Shown here one piece after another: positions 18,892 to 27,830 of a stretch of DNA of 38,984 nucleotides. This DNA is from a virus. Its lineage: Duplodnaviria > Caudoviricetes. The stretch covers positions 1-38,984 of IMG/VR virus record IMGVR_UViG_3300033076_001434. One strand, given 5' to 3'. The notes below the pieces were generated by a model. It saw nothing but the letters and a program-made list of their open reading frames with translations, ran no database searches and was not told the DNA's origin. The translations under genes were made by a program, and so were the position numbers. How positions within the stretch are numbered: position 1 is the stretch's first letter; each line of letters begins with the position of its first letter.

Positions 18892-19776
18892 ATGGTTATA
18901 TTTTCAAATTTCAGAGATTCTGAATCTGATCCTTATTTATTCTTTATTAAGGAAAAATATAAAGATAAACCTTTTACTTTTTGGTATGATAAACTTCCTA
19001 CATCAATAGAAGAGTTAAAAATTAATCCTTATAATTTTTTGTTCCTTCATGAACCAAATGAATTTTTTGGTTTTCATGATAACGCTTTAAAAATAAGTAA
19101 TCATTTTACTGCTATTTTAACTTGGAATGATATATTGTTAAATACTTTAGATAATGCTGTTTGTTTTACTTATAGTGGACAGACATTAGATGATGATTAT
19201 ATTAATAATCTTAAACCTAAAGAATTTAATGTTTCATTTTTATGTGGGACTAAAAAATTAGTTGAGGGTCATAATTTAAGACATAAAGTATATGATTTAA
19301 AAGATCAAATTACTATACCTAAAAAATGGTATTATGTTTTAGAAGACTATGATTTAGAAACAAATACAAGACCTGGTTATACTGAGTATTCTAAAGATTT
19401 ATCTCATATTCCTCAAGGTGTTGATCCTATTAGTTATGGTAGAAGAACCTTATTTGATACTTCTATGTTTAATGTTGTAATTGAAAATGTAAATTATAAC
19501 AATTGGTATAATAAAATAGGAGATAATTTTGCTACTAAAACAATTCCTATCTATTGGGGCTGTCCTAACATTAGTGATTTTGGATATGATGAAAGAGGCA
19601 TACTAAGATTTGAAACACCAGAACAATTAATTAAATTAATAAATGATTTAACTCCAGAGTTATATCAACAAATGTTACCCTATGTAGAATATAACTATGA
19701 AATAGTTAAACAAGATACATTTGAAAATAATATAAGTCAATTTTTTAACAGTTTTATAGAATTAAATAGTTTATGA
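18892..19776 (+). CDS. GT10-like (alpha-1,3-fucosyltransferase-like) glycosyltransferase
   Basis: FNVVIEN...NKIGDNF..KTIPIYWGCPNI, a variant of the GT10 GDP-sugar-binding motif. Confidence 0.7.
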   Translation: MVIFSNFRDSESDPYLFFIKEKYKDKPFTFWYDKLPTSIEELKINPYNFLFLHEPNEFFGFHDNALKISNHFTAILTWNDILLNTLDNAVCFTYSGQTLDDDYINNLKPKEFNVSFLCGTKKLVEGHNLRHKVYDLKDQITIPKKWYYVLEDYDLETNTRPGYTEYSKDLSHIPQGVDPISYGRRTLFDTSMFNVVIENVNYNNWYNKIGDNFATKTIPIYWGCPNISDFGYDERGILRFETPEQLIKLINDLTPELYQQMLPYVEYNYEIVKQDTFENNISQFFNSFIELNSL

Positions 19777-20267
19777 GAGTACAAGTACTGCCCGACGTAG
19801 GGATTTACAAACACAATGTCCATTATGACTTTAGAGGTGAATTATGGACGTTATGGAAAGAAGATGAGTTTCCAAGAACTGATCTAAAATTTAACCATGA
19901 TAAAGTATCTACCTCTAGGAAAAATGTTTTAAGAGGCATCCATGGAGATACTAAATCATGGAAACTAATAGAATGTTTATATGGCGAATTATACTTTGTA
20001 GTAGTTGATAACAGACCTGATTCACGTAATTATGGTAATTGGACAAGTATGATGTTATCAGACAAAATTAGACAGTCTGTTTTATTACCTCCTGGATTTG
20101 GAAATGGATTCTGCGTAATGAGTGAACATTCAATCTTCCATTACAAATGGGCCTATCCCGGTAAATATCCAGATGTAGAAGATCAATTTACTTTAAAATG
20201 GAATGATCCTAATTTAGGAATTGAATGGCCTATTGATAATCCTATTTTGCAAGGAAGAGATAGATAA
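19773..20267 (+). CDS. rmlC: RmlC-like NDP-4-keto-6-deoxy-sugar 3(,5)-epimerase
   Basis: DFRG, S..NVLRGIH, VVVDNRPDS, LPPGFGNGF, YK, WNDP.LGIEWP. Confidence 0.88.
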   Translation: MRVQVLPDVGIYKHNVHYDFRGELWTLWKEDEFPRTDLKFNHDKVSTSRKNVLRGIHGDTKSWKLIECLYGELYFVVVDNRPDSRNYGNWTSMMLSDKIRQSVLLPPGFGNGFCVMSEHSIFHYKWAYPGKYPDVEDQFTLKWNDPNLGIEWPIDNPILQGRDR

Positions 20268-20268
20268 C

Positions 20269-20297
20269 TTGGAATTATAAAATCAATTTATTATATT
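20269..20297 (+). promoter_or_regulatory. Class I promoter inside the glycan locus
   Basis: TTGG 20269, TATATT 20292, ATG 20309. Confidence 0.65.
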
Positions 20298-20308
20298 AAC
20301 ACACGTTT

Positions 20309-20935
20309 ATGAATATACCCTCACATTATCAAAAAGTAAGAGATGTAAACATTACTCCTGAGGAACTTATTGCTTTTGAAGATAGAGTTAAAGACGCTTA
20401 TGAAACAGCACAAGTTAAAGGACCAGTACATCTTTCTAAAAACAACGAAAAACAACTAATAGAATTATTCCAATACATCCATCCGGGTGATTGGGTATTC
20501 TCAGCTTGGAGAAATCACTATCATGCTTTACTACATGGAGTTGATCCTGAAAAATTATTTGAATGGATTAGTGAAGGTAGAAGTATGGGAACAAATAATA
20601 CTAATCCTAATTTTTATGCTTCATCAATCGTAGGAGGTATTATACCAATTGCTTTAGGAACAGCAATGGGACTTAAAAGAAAAAATTCACCACGTCGTGT
20701 TTGGTGTTTTATTGGAGACATGACTATGGAAACAGGTTTATTTTGGGAAGCTTATAAGTATTCTCAAAACTTTAATATACCTCTACAGTTTGTAGTTGAA
20801 GACAATAACTTAAGTGTTCATACACCTACAGATATTGCATGGGGTAAAAGAATGGATGTTCCTGAAAATGTAATTTATTATTCTTACAAAATGGAATATC
20901 CACATCATGGTACAGGTAAATGGGTTAATTTTTAA
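20309..20935 (+). CDS. ThDP-dependent enzyme, E1-alpha-like subunit (short)
   Basis: GPVHLS, RNHYHAL, SIVGG, GDM...EA....VEDNN ThDP motif; 208 aa. Confidence 0.85.
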   Translation: MNIPSHYQKVRDVNITPEELIAFEDRVKDAYETAQVKGPVHLSKNNEKQLIELFQYIHPGDWVFSAWRNHYHALLHGVDPEKLFEWISEGRSMGTNNTNPNFYASSIVGGIIPIALGTAMGLKRKNSPRRVWCFIGDMTMETGLFWEAYKYSQNFNIPLQFVVEDNNLSVHTPTDIAWGKRMDVPENVIYYSYKMEYPHHGTGKWVNF

Positions 20936-20937
20936 TT

Positions 20938-21468
20938 ATGAGATATAAAGAAGAACTAGATAGAGCCATGGAATGGCTTAGTACAAAATCAAATACTGTT
21001 TTTATGGGACAGGCAATTGGTTTCAGTGGACATGCTATTTCAAATACAATGGCTAAAGTACCTCAAGATAAACGAGTTGAATTACCTGTATTTGAAGAAT
21101 TACAATTAGGTATTGCTACAGGAATGGCTTTGGAAGGATGGGTACCAGTAACTTGTTATCCTAGATTTGATTTCTTTATTTTAGGTTTAAATCAATTAGT
21201 AAATCATTTAGATAAGATGCATGATATGTCTAAAGGTGATATGAAACCTAAGGTTATTATTAGGGTAGCAGTTGGTTCAAAAGTACCTTTTAGTGCTGGT
21301 CCTCAACATACTCAAAACCATACTGAAGCAATGCGTAAAATGCTTACTGAAGTAGAAGTAATCGAGTTAATGGAACCAGAAGATATTTTCCCAGCATTTG
21401 AAAAAGCATATAATAGTGATAAATCATTTTTAATTATTGAACATAGTGAATTTTATGGAAGCAAATAG
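20938..21468 (+). CDS. ThDP-dependent enzyme, E1-beta/transketolase pyrimidine-binding domain only
   Basis: VFMGQ, ELPVFEE...GIATGMAL.G..PV, GPQHTQ; 176 aa, no C-terminal domain. Confidence 0.85.
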   Translation: MRYKEELDRAMEWLSTKSNTVFMGQAIGFSGHAISNTMAKVPQDKRVELPVFEELQLGIATGMALEGWVPVTCYPRFDFFILGLNQLVNHLDKMHDMSKGDMKPKVIIRVAVGSKVPFSAGPQHTQNHTEAMRKMLTEVEVIELMEPEDIFPAFEKAYNSDKSFLIIEHSEFYGSK

Positions 21469-22627
21469 TTTTAATTGGCCTTTAATAAATGACAATGTAT
21501 CACCTAATGATAGAAAAGTATTGTCTGATTTTATTCTAAGTGGGGAAAGATTAACTAATGGACCTAAAGTTAAAGAATTTGAAAAAATTTGGTCAGAATG
21601 GCTAGGAACAAAACATTCAGTAATGGTTAATTCAGGTGCCTCAGCAAATTATATTTCAATAGCTATGGTTAAAGAATTAAAAGGTGTAGGTGAAGTGATT
21701 GTTCCTCCTATTGGTTGGGTAAGTGATTTAGCATCTGTAGCTCAGTTAGGTATGACTCCTGTTATTGTTGATGTTGATATGGGTAGTTTAGCTATCACTG
21801 CTGAAAACATTAAACGAGCTATTACTAAAAATACTAAAGCTATTGTTTTAGTTCATACTTTAGGATTTAATGGTTTAACAGATGAAATTATTAATATAGC
21901 TAAAGAACATGATTTATTGTTAATTGAAGATTGTTGTGAATCTCATGGTGCTGTTTTCAAAGATAAGAAAATAGGTACTTATGGAGATATTAGTTTATTT
22001 TCATTTTATTTTGGTCATCATATCACAACTGTTGAAGGTGGTGTTGTTTGTATGAACGATGATAAATTATATGATTTAGCTAAATTATTTCGTTCACACG
22101 GTATGACTAGAGAAGCATCACCCGAATTACAATCCCATTACCAATCTCATTACCCAGAATTAAATCCATTATTCACTTTCGCGGTAGCAGGATTTAATAT
22201 GAGAAGTACAGAAATTAATGCTGTATTAGGTATTGAACAAATGAAACGTTTAGATTATAATATTACTAAACGAACTGAAAATTTAAATACCTGGTTGTTA
22301 AGTTTAAATCCTAATAAATTTTTCTTAGGTTTTAATATGAAGGGAAGTAGTAATTTCGCTTTACCATTAGTATTACAATCAGCTTATAGAGATAAATTAT
22401 CTGATGTTTGTAGAATATTAGAAGAAGAAAAAGTAGAATATAGGTTAGGTACCGCAGGTGGTGGTAATCAAGCATTACAACCTTATTTAAAGAAATTCCC
22501 TCATAAAGTAGAAGGTAATTTACCTGTTGCTAATTATATTCATTATAATGCTTTATATATTGGTAACCATCCAGAACTAACCACAAATCAAATTATTAAT
22601 CTTTGTTCAAAATTAAATTCAATATAA
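21455..22627 (+). CDS. colD: PLP-dependent DegT/DnrJ-family enzyme, ColD-like sugar 3-dehydratase (start revised to 21455)
   Basis: VNSGASAN, EDCCESHGA, FSFYFGHHITTVEGG with His at the catalytic Lys position, RSHG; no RDCxC Fe-S motif. Confidence 0.78.
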   Translation: MEANSFNWPLINDNVSPNDRKVLSDFILSGERLTNGPKVKEFEKIWSEWLGTKHSVMVNSGASANYISIAMVKELKGVGEVIVPPIGWVSDLASVAQLGMTPVIVDVDMGSLAITAENIKRAITKNTKAIVLVHTLGFNGLTDEIINIAKEHDLLLIEDCCESHGAVFKDKKIGTYGDISLFSFYFGHHITTVEGGVVCMNDDKLYDLAKLFRSHGMTREASPELQSHYQSHYPELNPLFTFAVAGFNMRSTEINAVLGIEQMKRLDYNITKRTENLNTWLLSLNPNKFFLGFNMKGSSNFALPLVLQSAYRDKLSDVCRILEEEKVEYRLGTAGGGNQALQPYLKKFPHKVEGNLPVANYIHYNALYIGNHPELTTNQIINLCSKLNSI

Positions 22628-23598
22628 TGTTTAAAAATCAAAAAGTTTTAGTAACAGGTGGTGGAGGAATGATTGGTCGTTCTTTAGTAAAATTTTTAAT
22701 AGAGAAAGGAGCTAAAGTAACAATTTCTGATTTAACAATTCCTTCTGATTTACCTGATGGTGTAGAATATGTTCATGCCGATTTAAGATATTTTGACCAA
22801 TGTGAAAAAATTTGTCAAGGTATGGATTATGTTTTTAATTTAGTAGGAGTTAAAGGTTCACCTAAAATGTGTGCTGAACAACCTGCTGATTTTATGGTTC
22901 CAATGTTACAGTTTAATACTAACATGATGGAAGCAGCTCGTAGAGCAGATGTTAAATGGTATCTTTATACAAGTTCAGTTGGTGTTTATGCTCCTGCTGA
23001 TGTATTTTTTGAAGATACAGTTTGGTCAACATTTCCATCTCCAAATGATAGATTTGCTGGTTGGGCTAAGAGAATGGGTGAACTACAAGCTGAAGCTTAC
23101 TCAATTCAATATGGTTGGGATAAAGTATCTATTGTAAGACCAGCTAATGTTTATGGTAACTATGATAATTTTAACCCAGCAAACGCTATGGTTGTGCCTT
23201 CATTAATTAGAAAAGCTCAAGAAAATGAAGTACTTGAAGTATGGGGTGATGGCTCTACAATTAGAGATTTTATTCATGCTGATGATGTTGCTTTAGGAAT
23301 GTTATTTGCTGTTGAAAATAAAGTTACTCAACCTATTAATTTAGGCTCAGGTAAAGGATATTCAATTAAAGAAGTAGTAGACATGGTAGTTAAACATTCA
23401 GGTAAACCACTTGAAGTAAAATGGCTAACAGATAAACCAGGTGGTGATGCTATTCGTTTATTTGATATGACCAGAGCAAAATCATATGGTTTTGATATTT
23501 CAGTATCATTAGATGAAGGTATTAAAAGAACTACTGAATGGTTCTTGAATAATAAAGAAATTTTAGATAAACGTTATAACGCTTTTGTAAATCATTAA
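22627..23598 (+). CDS. Extended SDR, GDP-fucose synthase-like (start revised to 22627)
   Basis: TGGGGMIG, RPANVYG.YDNF, VWGDG..IRDFIH; AGWAK in place of YxxxK. Confidence 0.85.
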   Translation: MFKNQKVLVTGGGGMIGRSLVKFLIEKGAKVTISDLTIPSDLPDGVEYVHADLRYFDQCEKICQGMDYVFNLVGVKGSPKMCAEQPADFMVPMLQFNTNMMEAARRADVKWYLYTSSVGVYAPADVFFEDTVWSTFPSPNDRFAGWAKRMGELQAEAYSIQYGWDKVSIVRPANVYGNYDNFNPANAMVVPSLIRKAQENEVLEVWGDGSTIRDFIHADDVALGMLFAVENKVTQPINLGSGKGYSIKEVVDMVVKHSGKPLEVKWLTDKPGGDAIRLFDMTRAKSYGFDISVSLDEGIKRTTEWFLNNKEILDKRYNAFVNH

Positions 23599-24287
23599 TG
23601 AAACGTTTTTTAATAACAGGAGTTAATAGTGGATTGGGTAAGTATTTATTTAATAACTTACCCGATTCATTTGGTTTAGATAGAGGTAATTTTAATCTTG
23701 TTAGATATGAAGATTATGATACTATAATCCATTGTGCTTTTAATAAAGAAAATATTATAACTGATTATGAGAAATATTTAGAAGATAATATTTTTTTAAC
23801 TCAACGATTAAAATCTCTAAACTATAAAAAGTTTGTTTATATTTCAACAGTAGATGTTTATCAAGAAAATCCAACAATGTATGCTCATTTTAAGCGATTT
23901 GCTGAAACATTATTGGATAATAATGATCTAATATTAAGATGTTCAATGATGTTAGGAGATACTATGAAACCTAATCATACTCATAAATTAAAAAATAATG
24001 ATGAGAGTATAGGATTATCTGGTGAATCAGTATTTAACTATATTTTAATGAAAGATTTAGCTGAATTTTTTACTTCAGAAGATTATAAACAATATAATGG
24101 AGTAGTGGATTTTGTTTCAAATGATTTAGTGAAATTAGAAGATGTTAAAAATTATTTTAATTCAACTACAAAATTAGGTGAACATGTTTATCAAAATAGC
24201 TTGGATTTCGTAAATCCTATATTTACATTAAACCAAAAATATAATAAATCCTCCCTAGACAATTTAATAGAATATTATGGAAAATAA
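23598..24287 (+). CDS. NAD-dependent epimerase/reductase (short SDR)
   Basis: ITGVNSGLG, IIHCA, ISTVDVY, YAHFK. Confidence 0.8.
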   Translation: MKRFLITGVNSGLGKYLFNNLPDSFGLDRGNFNLVRYEDYDTIIHCAFNKENIITDYEKYLEDNIFLTQRLKSLNYKKFVYISTVDVYQENPTMYAHFKRFAETLLDNNDLILRCSMMLGDTMKPNHTHKLKNNDESIGLSGESVFNYILMKDLAEFFTSEDYKQYNGVVDFVSNDLVKLEDVKNYFNSTTKLGEHVYQNSLDFVNPIFTLNQKYNKSSLDNLIEYYGK

Positions 24288-25236
24288 CTTTTATAAAGGA
24301 AAAAAAGTAGTAGTGACAGGTGGTTCTGGATTCATAGGAACTCATTATTTAATTGAGTTACTTGAAAGAGGAGCCATTGTAAAAACTCATACTCATGAAA
24401 AACCACTTCAGATTCAAGACGATAGACTTGAAGTATTAGAAGGAATTGATTTAACAAATTTAGAAGATTGTTTTAAATTAATTGAAGGAGCTGATTATGT
24501 AATCCATTCTGGAGGAAAAATCGCTCACCCATCAACTGTACCTACTGATATTCAAATCTCAATGCAGAATATTTTAGTATTAGGTAATGTATTAGAAGCA
24601 TCTTATAAATCAAATGTTAAAAGATTTTTAGATTTAAACAGTTCAACTGGTTACCCAGACATCAGAAGACCATTAACTGAAGATGAGTTTTGGGAAGGTG
24701 AACCATATAAAGCTTATTTTGGTTATGGTTGGATGCGTCGTTACAGAGAAAAACTAATGGAACACGTCTCTAAATTTTCAGGTATGGAAATTGCTTTAGC
24801 TAGAGGAACAGCTATTTATGGACCTAATGATAATTTTGATCCTAAAACATGCCATGTAGTACCAGCATTAATTAAAAGAGTATTAGATGGTGAGGATCCA
24901 TTTGTTGTTTGGGGTACACCAGATGTAGTTAGAGATTTTTTATATGTTAAAGATGTAGTTAAAGCATCTTTATTAGTACTTGAAAAAGGTGAATCAATGA
25001 GACCTTATAATGTAGGTTCAGGTATAGCAATCACCGTAGGAGATATTGTAAATGCTATCTTAAAAGCAACAGGTAAAACACCTGAAGTAATTTATGATGA
25101 AACAAAACCAACAACTATTCCATTCCGAATGGTTAGCACTGAAAGATTAACTAATGAATTAGGATTTGTTCCTTCATATACATTTGAAGAAGGTATTCAA
25201 GAAACAGTAAATTGGTATAAAGAAAATTATGTCTAA
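24277..25236 (+). CDS. Extended SDR, GDP-fucose synthase-like
   Basis: TGGSGFIG, YGPNDNFD...HVVPALI, VWG....RDFLY; YGWMR in place of YxxxK. Confidence 0.85.
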   Translation: MENNFYKGKKVVVTGGSGFIGTHYLIELLERGAIVKTHTHEKPLQIQDDRLEVLEGIDLTNLEDCFKLIEGADYVIHSGGKIAHPSTVPTDIQISMQNILVLGNVLEASYKSNVKRFLDLNSSTGYPDIRRPLTEDEFWEGEPYKAYFGYGWMRRYREKLMEHVSKFSGMEIALARGTAIYGPNDNFDPKTCHVVPALIKRVLDGEDPFVVWGTPDVVRDFLYVKDVVKASLLVLEKGESMRPYNVGSGIAITVGDIVNAILKATGKTPEVIYDETKPTTIPFRMVSTERLTNELGFVPSYTFEEGIQETVNWYKENYV

Positions 25237-26239
25237 TGTTTTAATTACCGGTATAACCGGAATGGTAGGTTCACACTTAGCTGATTTTTTATTAAAAAAT
25301 ACAGATTGGAAAATCTATGGTATGATTAGATGGGGTGACCCATTAGAAAATATTGAGCATTTAGTTGATGAATTAAATAAAAAAGAACGTATTGAATTAG
25401 TATATGGTGATTTAAATGATTTAGTCTCATTAATTACAGTTATTGATAAATCAAAACCAGACTATGTGTTTCATTTAGCTGCTCAATCATATCCACAAAC
25501 TAGTTTTGATTCCCCTATAGAAACACTTCAAACAAACATATTAGGTACTGCTAATTTATTAGAGGCATTACGTAAATCAAACTATAAAAACGCTATAACA
25601 CATGTATGTGCATCAAGTGAAGTGTTTGGTCGTGTGCCTAAAGAAAAATTACCTATTGATGAAGAATGTACTTTCCATCCTGCTTCACCTTATGCTATTT
25701 CAAAAGTAGGAACAGATTTAGTAGGTAGATATTATGCTGAAGCATATGGAATGACTATTATGACTACACGTATGTTTACTCATACTGGCCCAAGACGAGG
25801 TGATGTATTTTCAGAATCAACATTTGCTAAACAAATAGCTATGATTGAAGCAGGATTACAAGAACCTAAAATTTATGTAGGTAATTTAGATTCATTGAGA
25901 ACATATGCTGATGTAAGAGATGCTGTTAAAGCTTATCATGCTTTAGTGACTGTTAATCCTCAAGGTGGTGAATATTATAATATTGGAGGTACTTATACTT
26001 GTACTATTAAAGATATGTTAAATTATTTGATTAGTCAATCAACAGTTAAAAACATTGAGATTGTAATTGATCCTGAACGTTTAAGACCAATTGACGCTGA
26101 TTTGCAAATCCCAAACACCAATAAATTTGTTAACCATACCGGATGGACTCCAGAATATACTTTTGAACAAACAATGAATGATTTATTAGATTATTGGAGA
26201 GATAAAGTAAAATCAGGACGTAAATTTTTAAGACGATGA
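25229..26239 (+). CDS. gmd: GDP-sugar 4,6-dehydratase (Gmd family; resembles GDP-manno-heptose dehydratase DmhA)
   Basis: ITGITGMVGSHLA, HLAAQSY, SSEVFG, SPYAISK, THTGPRRGDVF, GNLDSLR, RLRPIDAD. Confidence 0.88.
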   Translation: MSNVLITGITGMVGSHLADFLLKNTDWKIYGMIRWGDPLENIEHLVDELNKKERIELVYGDLNDLVSLITVIDKSKPDYVFHLAAQSYPQTSFDSPIETLQTNILGTANLLEALRKSNYKNAITHVCASSEVFGRVPKEKLPIDEECTFHPASPYAISKVGTDLVGRYYAEAYGMTIMTTRMFTHTGPRRGDVFSESTFAKQIAMIEAGLQEPKIYVGNLDSLRTYADVRDAVKAYHALVTVNPQGGEYYNIGGTYTCTIKDMLNYLISQSTVKNIEIVIDPERLRPIDADLQIPNTNKFVNHTGWTPEYTFEQTMNDLLDYWRDKVKSGRKFLRR

Positions 26240-26973
26240 AATTTTTAGTAATTGGAGACAGTTGTGTTGACATTTTCCGTTATGGAAAAGTCAACCGACT
26301 AGCTCCTGAAGCACCAGTACCTATTATTATACCTGAAAATGAAACCTCAACTCCAGGTATGGCAGGTAATGTAGTTAGAAACATAGAAGCATTAGGACAT
26401 AAAGTAGATTTTATTACTAATGTAGATGAAATTAAAAAAATTAGATATGTTTGTTCTAAATACAATCACTTACTTTTAAGAGTAGATGAAAACGATTCAT
26501 GTCAGCCTATAACTCAAAAAGTATTAGATAGAATCAAGTGGGGTAATTATGATGCTGTTATTATTAGTGATTATTGTAAAGGATTTTTATCTGAACAAGA
26601 CATTGAGTGGATATCAATTCAACATCATTTAGTATTTTTAGATACTAAAAAAATATTAGGTGATTGGGCTCATGAAGTTGATTTTATTAAAATTAATTAT
26701 AATGAATATGAAAATAATTCATATATTCTATCTAAAGATAATATTTTAGCAGATAAAACTATTGTTACTAAAGGTAAGCATGGTTGTACATATCAGAAAA
26801 TTGATTATCCAACTAAAGAAGTATCTGTAAAAGACGTATCAGGAGCTGGAGATACCTTTTTAGCTGGTTTAGTAGTAGAATATGCTCGTTCTAGAAATAT
26901 GAAATCAGCAATTGATTTTGCTCAAGAATGTACAACAATAGTAGTTCAGAAAACAGGAGTATCAACAATATGA
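26236..26973 (+). CDS. rfaE: HldE/RfaE kinase domain (heptose-7-phosphate kinase, PfkB family)
   Basis: VIGD..VD, RLAPEAPVPI, GMAGNV, ISDYCKG, DVSGAGDTFLA. Confidence 0.88.
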   Translation: MKFLVIGDSCVDIFRYGKVNRLAPEAPVPIIIPENETSTPGMAGNVVRNIEALGHKVDFITNVDEIKKIRYVCSKYNHLLLRVDENDSCQPITQKVLDRIKWGNYDAVIISDYCKGFLSEQDIEWISIQHHLVFLDTKKILGDWAHEVDFIKINYNEYENNSYILSKDNILADKTIVTKGKHGCTYQKIDYPTKEVSVKDVSGAGDTFLAGLVVEYARSRNMKSAIDFAQECTTIVVQKTGVSTI

Positions 26974-27824
26974 AAACAGCAGCAATATTAGTTTGCAGAA
27001 ATGATGACTACAAAGAAGATGATAGAATTGTAGTTTGTATTAAAGCAATGCTAGAAACATTTGATGAGTTATGGTTTGTGGATTGGAATTCACCAGAAGA
27101 TAAAGGTCCATTATTGTGGAAGTTAGAAGATAGAATCCCAAAACAAAACAAAATAAAACATATTATTATCAATCCAGAATCAGTTAAAGCATTAGTAGGT
27201 GATGATGAAAAAATTCAACCTTGTTTAATGCCTTTAGCTTCAAATATGGCTATACAAAGATGTGATGCTGATTTTATAGCTGTGACTACAATAGATATTA
27301 TTCCTCCAAGTAAAGAAGTATTAAATAGTTTTTTATCAACAGCAGATAATAATTCATTTTATACTTTTTCAAGACGGGATGTTGAAATCTCAGAACTAGA
27401 AAAATTAGGATTTGATAATTGGGAACAATTTAGAGAAGAACAAGATAAAATAAGCCAACCAAGATACTTTCCTGCTAGAGTAACACCAAATGATAATTAT
27501 AGTATTTTTAATTGTTGTGGTGATTTCCAATTAGCATCTAAACACGTTTGGAGTACAATTAAAGGATTTGAAGAACAAATGTTATGTGCTTGTTTTGTAG
27601 ATACTAATGTTCAGAAAAAAGCAGTATTGAATGGTTTTAATTTAATACCTATTTATGATGTGCCCTTGTATCATTTATCTCATAAAGGAATGGGGAATGA
27701 TGGTACTTCACCTTCCAAACAATACTATAATGATGCTTGGGATTGGGTTGAGTGGTTTGAAAATTCCCAAAACACAGACAATTGGGGATTCTCAGATATT
27801 GAAATTGAATATGAAATAATTTAA
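26970..27824 (+). CDS. Hypothetical protein, possible GT-A glycosyltransferase (start revised to 26970)
   Basis: RNDDY, FVDWNS, TTIDII, GDFQL...W..IKGFEE, YHLSH; ATGA overlap with the kinase. Confidence 0.5.
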   Translation: MKTAAILVCRNDDYKEDDRIVVCIKAMLETFDELWFVDWNSPEDKGPLLWKLEDRIPKQNKIKHIIINPESVKALVGDDEKIQPCLMPLASNMAIQRCDADFIAVTTIDIIPPSKEVLNSFLSTADNNSFYTFSRRDVEISELEKLGFDNWEQFREEQDKISQPRYFPARVTPNDNYSIFNCCGDFQLASKHVWSTIKGFEEQMLCACFVDTNVQKKAVLNGFNLIPIYDVPLYHLSHKGMGNDGTSPSKQYYNDAWDWVEWFENSQNTDNWGFSDIEIEYEII

Positions 27825-27830
27825 AATAAT

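Noticed and set aside
20309-21468. Pyruvate dehydrogenase auxiliary metabolic genes
   Set aside because: Subunits are truncated, E2/E3 are absent and the context is nucleotide-sugar biosynthesis
22949-23137. Nested plus-strand 62-aa ORF
   Set aside because: Out-of-frame ORF wholly inside the SDR gene, with no start context
12214-27824. Bacterial O-antigen or capsule locus
   Set aside because: No wzx/wzy/wzm/wzt or initiating transferase; the locus is continuous with phage genes and contains the phage promoter motif
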